Shown one piece after another: positions 16,196 to 25,072 of a stretch of DNA of 30,826 nucleotides. Both the position numbers and the translations under genes were made by a program. Position 1 is the stretch's first letter. Each line of letters opens with the position of its first letter. Below the pieces are notes generated by a model, which was not told the origin of the DNA, ran no database searches, and saw only the letters and a program-made list of their open reading frames with translations. Source of the stretch: a virus (lineage: Duplodnaviria; Caudoviricetes); the IMG/VR virus record IMGVR_UViG_3300028840_003360, positions 1 through 30,826 of that record; one strand, written 5' to 3'.

Positions 16196-16600
16196 TTATA
16201 CCTTAACCCGTTTCTGATAAGCAACCAAAACTTTATGCGTCGGCTTCGCCTGTATGTGATTGTTTGCCGCCGCGTCCGCCCACATTCCATTCGGGCATGG
16301 TTCCGTCAAGAGCGCCTTACAGTCAAGACAATACGCATGCCATAAGATACTATCTCCGCCCTCTGAGTCAATGCCCGTCACGGTTTCAGTCTCAAAGCGC
16401 GGGACCTCTCCTTTATACTCGATGATTGCCCTTGAATGGTCCGGGCCTTGCGCCTTGAAGCACGTCTCACAAAGCGCCGGAGTGTGCATTCCATGCTCGT
16501 AACAGCCAACATCCACAAAGAGCCCGCTGTAATGGCCGCAATTGTAACAATGGCTTTTGTTGCTAAACCGTTTCGGGATAATCCGTGTTGCTGTTTCCAT
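16196..16600 (-). CDS. Hypothetical zinc-binding protein
   Basis: CYNC..CETC and CLDC...H...H motifs. ATG 16600 follows GAGGGGGAG. Confidence 0.8.
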   Translation of the reverse strand: METATRIIPKRFSNKSHCYNCGHYSGLFVDVGCYEHGMHTPALCETCFKAQGPDHSRAIIEYKGEVPRFETETVTGIDSEGGDSILWHAYCLDCKALLTEPCPNGMWADAAANNHIQAKPTHKVLVAYQKRVKV

Positions 16601-16643
16601 TTCGCTCCCCCTCTGTTGTGCTAGCCTATGGTGTACTATCATC

Positions 16644-16681
16644 ATGTATTACATTGTATATCATAGTAATTCATTTGTCAA
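16644..16681 (-). promoter_or_regulatory. Strong sigma70 promoter with an overlapping palindromic operator
   Basis: TTGACA (16676-16681), 17 nt, TACAAT (16653-16658). Palindromes ATGTA-A-TACAT (16644-16654) and TACA-A-TGTA (16650-16658). Confidence 0.85.
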
Positions 16682-16734
16682 GCTTTTTCTTTTGGGGCCG
16701 GATAAGGGGAGACTAACCGGAGATAAAGGGACGT

Positions 16735-16804
16735 GCGGCCCCGGCAAGAGGGAGTCGGTCTGAGAGGGAGGGTGCGTCCCTCAGACTGTCAAAACCGGAG
16801 CCAC
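16735..16804 (-). other. Branched RNA structure after the lysis cassette with CCCUCC in a loop
   Basis: Outer stem GTGGCTCCGG/CCGGGGCCGC, inner stem GTCTGAGGG/CTCTCAGAC, loop ACGCACCCTCC. Confidence 0.5.
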
Positions 16805-16817
16805 ACAGAGCGGGAGA

Positions 16818-17369
16818 CTATTGAGGGCCGGGAGCCTCATTATCGACTTGATAAACTTCTATGACGGTTTCGCGGGCAATGGTCCCAATGACGGTTGACT
16901 CTGAGCGTTCGCCTCCAAGCGCCAAGTCCGCGTTGAAGTCGTGCCGGTCGGTCATTTTGAGGCCCTCACCTTGCCCGGCCGTTATGTCCGCATTTGCCGC
17001 GCCAAGCTTGCCAACGGCAAGGACGCATTGCGGAGTAAATGTTGTTGCGCCGACAATGAGCGTTGCGCCGTTAACCTCTATCGTGCTCACAAGCGTATCA
17101 TCTGCAAGGGACGCACACCCGGCAAGCGGCAAGAGCAGGAACATAAGAAAGAGCATCGGAGAGAACGGGCCTTTAAGGTTATGCTTTGCCCAATTGAACA
17201 TGAGCCGGGAGAGCGCTCCCAAAATCGGGACAAGAATCATCATTCCCATTTCAACCGACACTTCCGGCAATACGTTATTGAGGAGGACTGAGAGCGCATA
17301 TGCAAGCGTCCCCGCAAGTGTGGCATCCCGTCCGCCCTGAATCATTTTGTTTGCTGTGCGTCCGTTCAT
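16818..17369 (-). CDS. Lysis-associated membrane protein: holin-like TM segments, internal lipobox and soluble domain
   Basis: Two N-terminal hydrophobic helices, then MLFLMFLLLPLAGC. Last gene of the lysis cassette. Confidence 0.65.
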   Translation of the reverse strand: MNGRTANKMIQGGRDATLAGTLAYALSVLLNNVLPEVSVEMGMMILVPILGALSRLMFNWAKHNLKGPFSPMLFLMFLLLPLAGCASLADDTLVSTIEVNGATLIVGATTFTPQCVLAVGKLGAANADITAGQGEGLKMTDRHDFNADLALGGERSESTVIGTIARETVIEVYQVDNEAPGPQ

Positions 17370-17394
17370 TGTTCCAACCTCCCTCTCTCTCTCT

Positions 17395-17520
17395 TCAACA
17401 TGCGAAAAGAATCACCACAAAAGCTAACGCAAGTACCCAAAAAGCCGCTATCACGAAAGACGGCCCCCATGAAGCAAGAAAGAATGCAATCCAATTGAGC
17501 TTTTCTGTTATCCGGCTCAT
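17395..17520 (-). CDS. Small hydrophobic membrane protein, 41 aa
   Basis: MSRITEKLNWIAFFLASWGPSFVIAAFWVLALAFVVILFAC. ATGA-coupled to the endolysin stop. Confidence 0.6.
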   Translation of the reverse strand: MSRITEKLNWIAFFLASWGPSFVIAAFWVLALAFVVILFAC

Positions 17521-17936
17521 ATGTTAAAGAAATACGTTATTTTGCCGTCTCTGACAATCCAAAGGGCAACGCCATATCCCCGCGGCTTGAGGTCCACATG
17601 CAAAGCATTATCGTCCGGCATGTATCCGACGCCAAGCGCTCCCTCCTGAATTGCGGTCCACATGAGCCGCCTCAAATCCGTTTCCGTTGCATCTATCAAC
17701 TCATAATCTCCTGCAACGGACTCATTGTTTTCGGGTCCCCAAATCGGCAAATGTCCGGAGGTCCTTGAGCCTTTGATTTCCTCAGAGGTATTATACGCCC
17801 GGCAACGAGTCCCGGAGGAGCGCCGGAGCCGGTCCCCAAAGGCTATATGCAAAAGCTCGTCCAACGTGATAAGCCTATTTGAGACTCGATAGAGCCCACA
17901 GCATGGGCAAGCAAAACCTTCCAATGGAGTTGGCAT
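17517..17936 (-). CDS. Endolysin, peptidase M15 family
   Basis: FACPCCG, SSGTRC..YN, SGH....AGD and GVG...LHVD Zn motifs. ATG 17936 follows GAGGAGGG. Confidence 0.88.
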   Translation of the reverse strand: MPTPLEGFACPCCGLYRVSNRLITLDELLHIAFGDRLRRSSGTRCRAYNTSEEIKGSRTSGHLPIWGPENNESVAGDYELIDATETDLRRLMWTAIQEGALGVGYMPDDNALHVDLKPRGYGVALWIVRDGKITYFFNI

Positions 17937-17947
17937 GGTGTCCCTCC

Positions 17948-18181
17948 TCATAACATGGACAAGGCCCACTTGAAAATTGCAATTATAACGCCGGTTGCAA
18001 CCATTGAGAATGTGCCGATTAGCCACCGCTGAATTGAGGTCATATCCGCCCGGATTTCTCTTATCGCCTTTTCCATTTTCTCATTCAACTCCCTTGTCAC
18101 TTCTCCGCGCATGTCTGACAACGCCTTGCAGCCTCCGCTCATGGGATTGCAAGCCGCCGTTGTCTTTCCGTCCGGACTCAT
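17948..18181 (-). CDS. XhlA-like / holin-like protein with a C-terminal TM helix
   Basis: Coiled coil then WLIGTFSMVATGVIIAIF, immediately upstream of the endolysin. Confidence 0.65.
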   Translation of the reverse strand: MSPDGKTTAACNPMSGGCKALSDMRGEVTRELNEKMEKAIREIRADMTSIQRWLIGTFSMVATGVIIAIFKWALSML

Positions 18182-18188
18182 GATTTAA

Positions 18189-18217
18189 TTGCTCTATCTC
18201 GTTTTGTATGATAAAAT
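18189..18217 (+). promoter_or_regulatory. Promoter for the moron gene (probably leaderless transcript)
   Basis: TTGCTC-17 nt-TAAAAT with TGn. The ATG lies 6 nt after the -10 box. Confidence 0.65.
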
Positions 18218-18223
18218 ATTGCC

Positions 18224-18754
18224 ATGAATAAGGAGGAGATTAAACAAATTTGGCCTTGCTTTCGGAGTATAGTTTGGGCTTTTTGTTGGTTGCTGCTCAT
18301 GTGCTCCGTTACTGATAGCCTTCCATCATGGTATCAAGCAATTGCATTTGGTGATTGTTGGCTTGATAAAGCAAACCTTAAGAATGTTCAAAAATGTGTC
18401 ACCCTTGGCGCTTCTACGGAGACCCTCGTTGAATCCATAAAAGGATTTAACGGGAGGTCTGATTTTGCGGACATTCTGATTTTGGGAGGTTCCCTTAATG
18501 AGCTTAACTTTGAAACAGAAGAGGACAGAGAGAAGCAGATAAAACGTGCCGCCCGAAATCGCTTTCCCGCTTCTCGAATAACCATAGTATCGACATTGGA
18601 CATTAAAGAAACCGCTAAACGATTTCCCGGAAAGCGCAAATCCAATCAAACAATAGACGGCTTTCATACAACCCAAGAGGGCCTTTATTGGTTGCTTTCC
18701 AGACCTCGCTATGCTATCTTTCATCATTACATCTCTAATGCGAAATTAGAATAA
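18224..18754 (+). CDS. Exported or membrane-anchored SGNH/GDSL-like hydrolase with GDC in place of GDS (moron)
   Basis: Blocks AFGDCW, GAST, LGGSLNE and DGFHTTQEG. N-terminal hydrophobic segment. Opposite strand to neighbours and AT-richer. Confidence 0.65.
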   Translation: MNKEEIKQIWPCFRSIVWAFCWLLLMCSVTDSLPSWYQAIAFGDCWLDKANLKNVQKCVTLGASTETLVESIKGFNGRSDFADILILGGSLNELNFETEEDREKQIKRAARNRFPASRITIVSTLDIKETAKRFPGKRKSNQTIDGFHTTQEGLYWLLSRPRYAIFHHYISNAKLE

Positions 18755-19412
18755 CTTGGCCCGCCGACTCTTCCCACTCCACATATAGTTCCGGTGGATT
18801 CCCTCCGCTGTCATAAGAATCGAAGCGCCGATAGCAGACGGAACATGGAGCCCAAGTCCTATACCGGATTCTAAAGCCAATATATCCGTTGGTAGCATCT
18901 CCGGGACTATAATTTGCCTCGTCAATTTGGCCCTGTAATAAGGTGGAAATATCTGGTGAATCATACCAATTATTATCAGACCACGCCGCAACCGGGTCCC
19001 ATGTAAGAATTGCAAGATTCGTGATTGCCCATAAAGCGTCCTCGTCCGCATAATTATCCGTATGAAATCCATCGCTGTTTCTCCATGCTGGAGAGCCGGA
19101 TTGGGCTAACGAGCAAATATATTCGTCCATCGCCCCGCCTGAAGTCGCCCTCGCATAGAAAGAAATTTTTGCAGTTGTTATCGTCGCACCTTTTGGGATA
19201 TTCGCATTATAGCGTAAATATGAAACCAGACTGCTGCCTGTATATGGCCCGAAATCACACCACGCGTAATTATAATAATTGCCGCCTCCGCTTGTGGATG
19301 AATACGTATCGTCAACGGAATCAGCAAGATAAAACGTGTCGGAGCCTCCAATAGCGGAAGCAGAATTAAGGAGCCAAAGGATAATGAAAATGAATTTAAT
19401 CAATGTTCGCAT
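18735..19412 (-). CDS. Signal-peptide-bearing beta-sandwich protein (DNRLRE/CBM96-like)
   Basis: MRTLIKFIFIILWLLNSASA, SYLRY..IPKGATITTAKISF, WYDSPDISTLLQ and PELYVEW. Confidence 0.7.
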   Translation of the reverse strand: MRTLIKFIFIILWLLNSASAIGGSDTFYLADSVDDTYSSTSGGGNYYNYAWCDFGPYTGSSLVSYLRYNANIPKGATITTAKISFYARATSGGAMDEYICSLAQSGSPAWRNSDGFHTDNYADEDALWAITNLAILTWDPVAAWSDNNWYDSPDISTLLQGQIDEANYSPGDATNGYIGFRIRYRTWAPCSVCYRRFDSYDSGGNPPELYVEWEESAGQVILISH

Positions 19413-22041
19413 CGTAGTATCCCTTTATCGCAATTGCAAGGTCCTCCGCCGTCCCGCTCGAATGCTCAAAGATAAGCCAGCGGCCGGGAGCAATCGTTGA
19501 ATCATCAAACCCGCTCATAATGTGCTTGTAATAACACGCCGTCCCGTTGTCCTCACAGACAACCGAATCAATTTGACTGTCGTTGGCCGTCCCAATGTCC
19601 GTCTCTCCGCCGCTTTCAAAGAGTAGAAAAGTGTAATCATCTTCATCCGATATGGCATAGATGGAGGTTATTACATAAGTCAGAGAAGACGTATTCTTGC
19701 AAATGGTCTTAGATATCGTTGAACGTGTGCCATGCGTCGGCAAGTTCTCCGGGTCCGCAATGGCAAAACCGATGTTCGGGTCAAGGAGGACTCCTTTTTG
19801 CTTCCCATCGTCATACACTCGAATTACAGCATCGTCCGTGTCCTGAGCAATGTCTCCCTTTTGGCTAACGTCCGGGTCCGTCCCGGAGAGGAGTTCTCCG
19901 GGATAGGCAAAGCGCCGCTCCGTCCCGGCTGAATCCTTTGAATACCAACGGGAGACGCCGCTTAAATCCTTGGCATATTGCCAAAGCGTGTTAGCATCCG
20001 GATTGTTCCCGGGAGGAGTGATTTCCTCTCCAATAAGCAACCGGCCGCAATAGATATCGAGCCATGCTTGCAGCACATTGAGAGTCATTACATTATCGAG
20101 CCAACGGCCCTCTGAGCTATCGTCAATGGATTCGGAGTTGACAATCCAAAGCTCATCTCCGTTGCTGCTATCAGGCCCGGAGCCCGCAATTATTTCTTGC
20201 GCCGCCGTTGCCCAAATGGACCCAATATAAATATTCCGCTTTCCGACATTTGAGTTTGTCCATGCGGTTGCACAGTTATTCACATGAAGCTCTAAAAGAC
20301 ATCCATTCCGGGCCGCGCCCGCTCCGGTCTCAACTCCCTTGCCGCCGCTGTCTGAATAACCAACAATCCGGCCGAAAGCAGAAAGAGCATTTGCTCCAAC
20401 GCGGAGGCCGGTCCCGGCTCCGCCGTCCGAATAGATGTTAAGGCTCCCTATATTCGTATGAATCCCCGCTATATTTGCGCCGCCCGCGCTCGTGTGCGTG
20501 TCGGAGATTCTTAGCTCCGCAATTTGGAGATAGGTCCCCTCTGAGTAAAGATTCCAATAGGTTCCGGAGTCTCCGGTATCGGCCCGCGCAAGATACAGTT
20601 TGCCAAGCTGAGCGCCTATGGCATCGGAGGTAAGATAAAGACATTCTTTGGCGCAATCGCCCGCGTTCAAATGCTGAGCCCGGATATCGGTATCAACATA
20701 GATACCATACCCCGCCGCTCCGTACACATGGATATAATTGATGTCGCATGTCCCGTCATATGTTGAGCCGTCAGTCTCAAACCGGGCTCCATCTCCGCCG
20801 ATTGAGTTGCCGATTTCCACATGCTGAATATATCCGTCATGTGGGCCGCGGTATTGAAGACCATGGGAGCCCGGGTCCTTGATTTGGACCCAACCGATAT
20901 CTGTTGAGGGCATGTCCGTTTCATCTGATTGTCCGGTTGCGTCTCCCGCCTCTGAATACAGGCCCACTCCATAAGCGTCAACAATTTGGACATTCTTGAT
21001 TTTGTATCCCTTGGCATACAGAGCAACCGCATAGTCTCCGCCTGATTGGTTGCCTCCATTTCCATCAATGCTGAGGTCCTCAAGTCCCAACGCATAGCAA
21101 ACGCCCCCGGAGGTCAACCACGTATCCGAGCCGGTCATATTGTCAAAATCATATGACTCGATAACCCGGGAGTCCGAATTGTCCGCCAGTTTGATAATGG
21201 ACGCATGCGGCCCTTGCCCGCGGATTGTCACCCTTGACGGCAAGCTCAGCGCCCCGGAGACGAGACACGTCCCCCGCGGTATCTCGACAACTCCGCCGCC
21301 CAATGTCTCAACGGTATTTATGACATATTGAAAATCTGTCAAATCATCCGTTACGCCGTCACACTCACAACCCCAATCCCCAATCTTATACACAGTTGCG
21401 GCCGCGTAATGTAGGCCCGGTGTGGCCCTGTAGGGAGTCCCTCCCTCGTGTCTGATAATGCCGTTATCGAGAGCGCTAATATCATGCTCTATTGTTAATG
21501 TACCATGCGGGCCTCCGGTCCAATATTCCGCGTCATTCGGAGCCGCTCCAACGCCCGCGCTTGCAATCGTGAACGGCCCCAACGTTGCCCACACTTGATT
21601 TGCTTTATATGTTCCGTCCGGGAGATATATCCCCTTGTCAGATTCCGCCCTCGCAAATACTCCGGCTCCCATGCCCGGAGCCGTCTCCGCCGTTCTAGCC
21701 GTTGAGCTATGGCGGAGCGGGTCATTGTTTGAGACGGAGCCCGTCACCTTTACGGCAACAAGCCCGGCCCTAACCACGCGCCCCCGGCTCAATGCTGCTA
21801 TGTCCTCTTTGGCAACTCCCATTACGGTTGTATCCGCCTGTATCGAGCCAATCGTAACTGAGAAGTTCTCACAGTCGGACGCAAGAACAACATCGCCTTG
21901 ATAAAGCTCCACACATGCATAATAGGTGTAAACCGTTGCCGCGGCCATGAGCGGGAATAGAACAAGCAGAGTTGAAAATAGAATGAGCCCGGCAATCGTC
22001 CCGATTGCGTTGACTCCAAGAGCAAGATTAAGCTTTGTCAT
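19396..22041 (-). CDS. Tail spike/fibre with a pectate-lyase-3-like beta-helix and an N-terminal signal peptide
   Basis: DWGCECDGVTDD..FQYVI..GGGVVEIPRGTCLVS..VTIRGQG..SIIKL. N-terminal GVAKEDIAA..GRV..G.V.VKVTG segment resembles DUF2190. Confidence 0.8.
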   Translation of the reverse strand: MTKLNLALGVNAIGTIAGLILFSTLLVLFPLMAAATVYTYYACVELYQGDVVLASDCENFSVTIGSIQADTTVMGVAKEDIAALSRGRVVRAGLVAVKVTGSVSNNDPLRHSSTARTAETAPGMGAGVFARAESDKGIYLPDGTYKANQVWATLGPFTIASAGVGAAPNDAEYWTGGPHGTLTIEHDISALDNGIIRHEGGTPYRATPGLHYAAATVYKIGDWGCECDGVTDDLTDFQYVINTVETLGGGVVEIPRGTCLVSGALSLPSRVTIRGQGPHASIIKLADNSDSRVIESYDFDNMTGSDTWLTSGGVCYALGLEDLSIDGNGGNQSGGDYAVALYAKGYKIKNVQIVDAYGVGLYSEAGDATGQSDETDMPSTDIGWVQIKDPGSHGLQYRGPHDGYIQHVEIGNSIGGDGARFETDGSTYDGTCDINYIHVYGAAGYGIYVDTDIRAQHLNAGDCAKECLYLTSDAIGAQLGKLYLARADTGDSGTYWNLYSEGTYLQIAELRISDTHTSAGGANIAGIHTNIGSLNIYSDGGAGTGLRVGANALSAFGRIVGYSDSGGKGVETGAGAARNGCLLELHVNNCATAWTNSNVGKRNIYIGSIWATAAQEIIAGSGPDSSNGDELWIVNSESIDDSSEGRWLDNVMTLNVLQAWLDIYCGRLLIGEEITPPGNNPDANTLWQYAKDLSGVSRWYSKDSAGTERRFAYPGELLSGTDPDVSQKGDIAQDTDDAVIRVYDDGKQKGVLLDPNIGFAIADPENLPTHGTRSTISKTICKNTSSLTYVITSIYAISDEDDYTFLLFESGGETDIGTANDSQIDSVVCEDNGTACYYKHIMSGFDDSTIAPGRWLIFEHSSGTAEDLAIAIKGYYDANID

Positions 22042-22047
22042 AACCTC

Positions 22048-22554
22048 TCATCCTTTATCCTTTTCTTGGGCCTGTTGCCGCTCTATAGCGGCCTCATCAA
22101 CCGATCTATTTGTTGGAGGAGCCTTGTATAATGTCTGCTCGAATTGCTCCGCCAAGACTCGCACAACATCAAATGTTATTGGGACAAGCGGTTTCCCTTC
22201 CGGGTCCCGTATCATTGCTCTTGTGTCGTTTATGATGCTCAAAACTGCTTTAAGCGCTCCTCGTAAATCATGCCTCAGAAATTCATTTGATAAGCGCTTG
22301 TCCGGGAGTTGCATTGCCGTTGATCTCGAAATATAATGCTCCGCGTATTTGTTGAGATACGCATCCAGTCGGCTCCGTGTCCACTGGCGGAGAATCGCCA
22401 AATTCTGTCCCGGTATCTCAACGTGTCGTTGCTCCTTGCCGTCAAGCAGAAACACAACGTCCCGGACCGTATCCGAATAACGCTCCCGGGTTGGATGCTT
22501 AATGCGCTTGCGCCGCGGAGGATAGACGCTTATTATTTGGATTCGTTTAGACAA
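22048..22554 (-). CDS. Hypothetical tail-module protein
   Basis: Lies between the fibre genes and is coupled to the upstream stop. Confidence 0.7.
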   Translation of the reverse strand: MSKRIQIISVYPPRRKRIKHPTRERYSDTVRDVVFLLDGKEQRHVEIPGQNLAILRQWTRSRLDAYLNKYAEHYISRSTAMQLPDKRLSNEFLRHDLRGALKAVLSIINDTRAMIRDPEGKPLVPITFDVVRVLAEQFEQTLYKAPPTNRSVDEAAIERQQAQEKDKG

Positions 22555-23800
22555 GTTCGCTTTCCCGAATTACGACAATTGCCGCAAGGCCGTCCGCTCC
22601 GTCTCCGCCCGCGCCGCCATTGCCGCCCGTTCCGCCCGCAACTCCGGCCGCTCCGCCCGCGCCCCCGGCCGCTGATACCGTTCCCGAATCATCAATAACG
22701 GTCTTACAAAAAATCAAGGCCGTCCCCCCGGCGCCGCCTCCGCCGCCGCCGCCGCCTCCGCCGGAGCCTGTGCCAGCGCTCCCCGCTGTGCCATCATCTC
22801 CGGCCGCGGAAATTATGCCCGTTGCGGTCAATTCAAGCTCGTTACATTCAATAACTACAATTGTTCCGCCCTTGCCTCCTGTTCCGGCCGCGCCCCCGGC
22901 TCCCGTTCCCGTGCCGCCGTTGCCGCCGCGTTGACCCCAAAGACGCCGAAACATTCTATCTCTATATAAATATGAAAATGTCTCATACCAGTTTGTCCCG
23001 TCTTGGCCCGCGGTCCCGGCTCCGCCGCCCGCTCCGCCTCCTGAGCCCTGCAAACCCCCAAGTCCAAATGGAGTTGTTTTTTTGAATGCGCTTGTGCTTC
23101 CCGGGTCTCCGTCCGCTCCGCCCGCGCCCCCGGCCTCTCCGCCGCCGCCTCCTCCGCCTCCGCCTCCATAATGTCCGCATCCCGTTGTTGAAACTATTTC
23201 GTCGGCCTTGCCTTTTACGTCGATAGCGCCCTGTATTTTGAGACGCTCTGTCACTCCAAGCAAAATCATTCCAACGCCCGTATCCGGAGAAACTACATGG
23301 CCGGTTGATATCGTGAGATTTCTATATTGCTTTGGGGTTGCGTCCCATGATTCGTTACCGGCTGTTGTATGGTCCCCGTCTGTCCCGTCTCCGCAAAAAA
23401 TCCCAAAGAGCGGTTGAAACATCATAAGTTCATTGATAATGTCCGCCTTGATTGGGCTCCCCATTCCCGTATAGGAGACCTCAACCTTGTTGCCGTTCTC
23501 CGACGAGTGAAACGCTATAAACGCTGTCCCCTTGCGGTCAGCGTCGGTATCGTCCGGCTCATAGTCAACTCGAAATTCCGCCGCGGCCGGAGCCGTAAAG
23601 ACCTCACTGTAACCCGAAATGGAAACGGTCCCGCGCTTTGGTATTTCGGCAAGCTGTATGCCGTAAAAATCCGGGTCCGCAAGCGGTACCTGTGTAACGA
23701 TATGCTCTTCATTCGATATAGACGTTTCCCGCCGCGTCCCTGCAAATGGGTCTCCCCAAATATCCCTTACAAATCGCAATCCTTCCGGAGCGCCGTCCAT
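22547..23800 (-). CDS. Glycine-rich minor tail/fibre protein
   Basis: GDGTDGD, QYRNLTI, and two poly-Gly runs interleaved with beta-strands. Confidence 0.8.
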   Translation of the reverse strand: MDGAPEGLRFVRDIWGDPFAGTRRETSISNEEHIVTQVPLADPDFYGIQLAEIPKRGTVSISGYSEVFTAPAAAEFRVDYEPDDTDADRKGTAFIAFHSSENGNKVEVSYTGMGSPIKADIINELMMFQPLFGIFCGDGTDGDHTTAGNESWDATPKQYRNLTISTGHVVSPDTGVGMILLGVTERLKIQGAIDVKGKADEIVSTTGCGHYGGGGGGGGGGEAGGAGGADGDPGSTSAFKKTTPFGLGGLQGSGGGAGGGAGTAGQDGTNWYETFSYLYRDRMFRRLWGQRGGNGGTGTGAGGAAGTGGKGGTIVVIECNELELTATGIISAAGDDGTAGSAGTGSGGGGGGGGGGAGGTALIFCKTVIDDSGTVSAAGGAGGAAGVAGGTGGNGGAGGDGADGLAAIVVIRESELV

Positions 23801-23809
23801 AAATCCTCC

Positions 23810-25072
23810 TCAAGCAAGTTGTCCGACATTCGCGGCTTGCAACGCCTCCTCTTTCTTAAGTCGTCGGAGCATGTCTATATATTGAGCGTCTAGCGGTTGT
23901 AACTCCAAATCTCCAAGGTCCAAATCACACCGTATAGCCTTGTCCGCGCTGACTGTATATGCTGCTTTCTTGATTGGCAGTTCCAATTCAACGCCCTCTC
24001 CATCGAATACCCGCGCTTTACCCCGGGCAATTATCAACCCCTCATTTTGTAAGTCTATGTTTTTGGCCTTGGCGGATTGCTTCGGGTCTTTAAGGAGATA
24101 GAGTTGATAGCGGCCCCAACGGAGAGCGTCCGCGGCCGTCAACGCCGATGGAATTGTTTTTTTGGTCCATCGGACACCGTATAATCCTTGAGAAGTCCCG
24201 TCGCTCACTGTATCCGCATAGTTTGAGCTTTCAACCTCGTCAATTGCGCCGCAAATGATATCTATTTTGTTTCTTACCGGCTCTATGTCCTCTTTGGGCT
24301 CAAAGCTCTCAACGTGATAACCAACCCATTTGACCGCATCCACAACAACGGCAACGGAAATGGGCCGAAAGAATAAATCCCCGTCCGCGTCAACTCCAAA
24401 TTCATACGGTAACTCATTGTCAACGTTATAGGCATACTCCGCCAAATCCTTAAGCGCGTCCTTTGCGCTCACTCGATCAAAATTGATTTCCGATACCTTG
24501 TAGCTTGGGCTCGTCTGTACTATTTTCGGGCCTGAATATCCTATGGAGGTATAGGGTTGAATGTCGTTCACAAGAATATCTTTGACAATTGCTGAAACCT
24601 CCATATCCTGATAACTGCGATTCACGCCGCAAAATTCCAAATCATGATAAAGGCCATGGCCGGAGTATTTAAACGTGTCCTTGGTTGTCCGCTCATCCGG
24701 AATTTTCAGGACGCGCCCCGCATAAATCGGCTCTGACTCCGGCTGACCCCAAAGAAAAACTTTAATGTGGCACAGATAGGTAAACGAGAATGTCGGCATT
24801 TCCACAAGCTCAAGCGTAAAAGCGCCGGAGCCTGTTTGAACAACTTCAAACTTGAGAGAGATAACAGGAGGACTCCCCATGTCGGAGCTATACTCGCCAA
24901 CCTTGTCCCAATCCGAATCATAGAAGATTATGCGGTATCCCCACCGGCCCGTTACATCAACCTCCGGAGTTGGCTCCGGCTCTTCCGCCTCTTCCGCTCC
25001 TATTGGAATAGATAGAAACCCGGCATCAAGAAAGCCGGTATTTAGAAAGCCCGTTGTCCTCTCATTGCCCAT
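23810..25072 (-). CDS. Baseplate hub / Tal-like protein
   Basis: Follows Dit. Motifs GSGAFTL, IYAGRV, VSAIVKDIL, YEFGVDADGDLFF and SQGLYGVR. Confidence 0.8.
   Translation of the reverse strand: MGNERTTGFLNTGFLDAGFLSIPIGAEEAEEPEPTPEVDVTGRWGYRIIFYDSDWDKVGEYSSDMGSPPVISLKFEVVQTGSGAFTLELVEMPTFSFTYLCHIKVFLWGQPESEPIYAGRVLKIPDERTTKDTFKYSGHGLYHDLEFCGVNRSYQDMEVSAIVKDILVNDIQPYTSIGYSGPKIVQTSPSYKVSEINFDRVSAKDALKDLAEYAYNVDNELPYEFGVDADGDLFFRPISVAVVVDAVKWVGYHVESFEPKEDIEPVRNKIDIICGAIDEVESSNYADTVSDGTSQGLYGVRWTKKTIPSALTAADALRWGRYQLYLLKDPKQSAKAKNIDLQNEGLIIARGKARVFDGEGVELELPIKKAAYTVSADKAIRCDLDLGDLELQPLDAQYIDMLRRLKKEEALQAANVGQLA

Noticed and set aside
22590-23170. GCC-rich repeats as a CRISPR array or microsatellite
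   Set aside because: Explained by poly-Gly codons on the minus strand. There is no repeat-spacer periodicity.
18735-23800. Diversity-generating retroelement acting on fibre genes
   Set aside because: No reverse transcriptase and no TR/VR pair differing at adenines was seen in the window.
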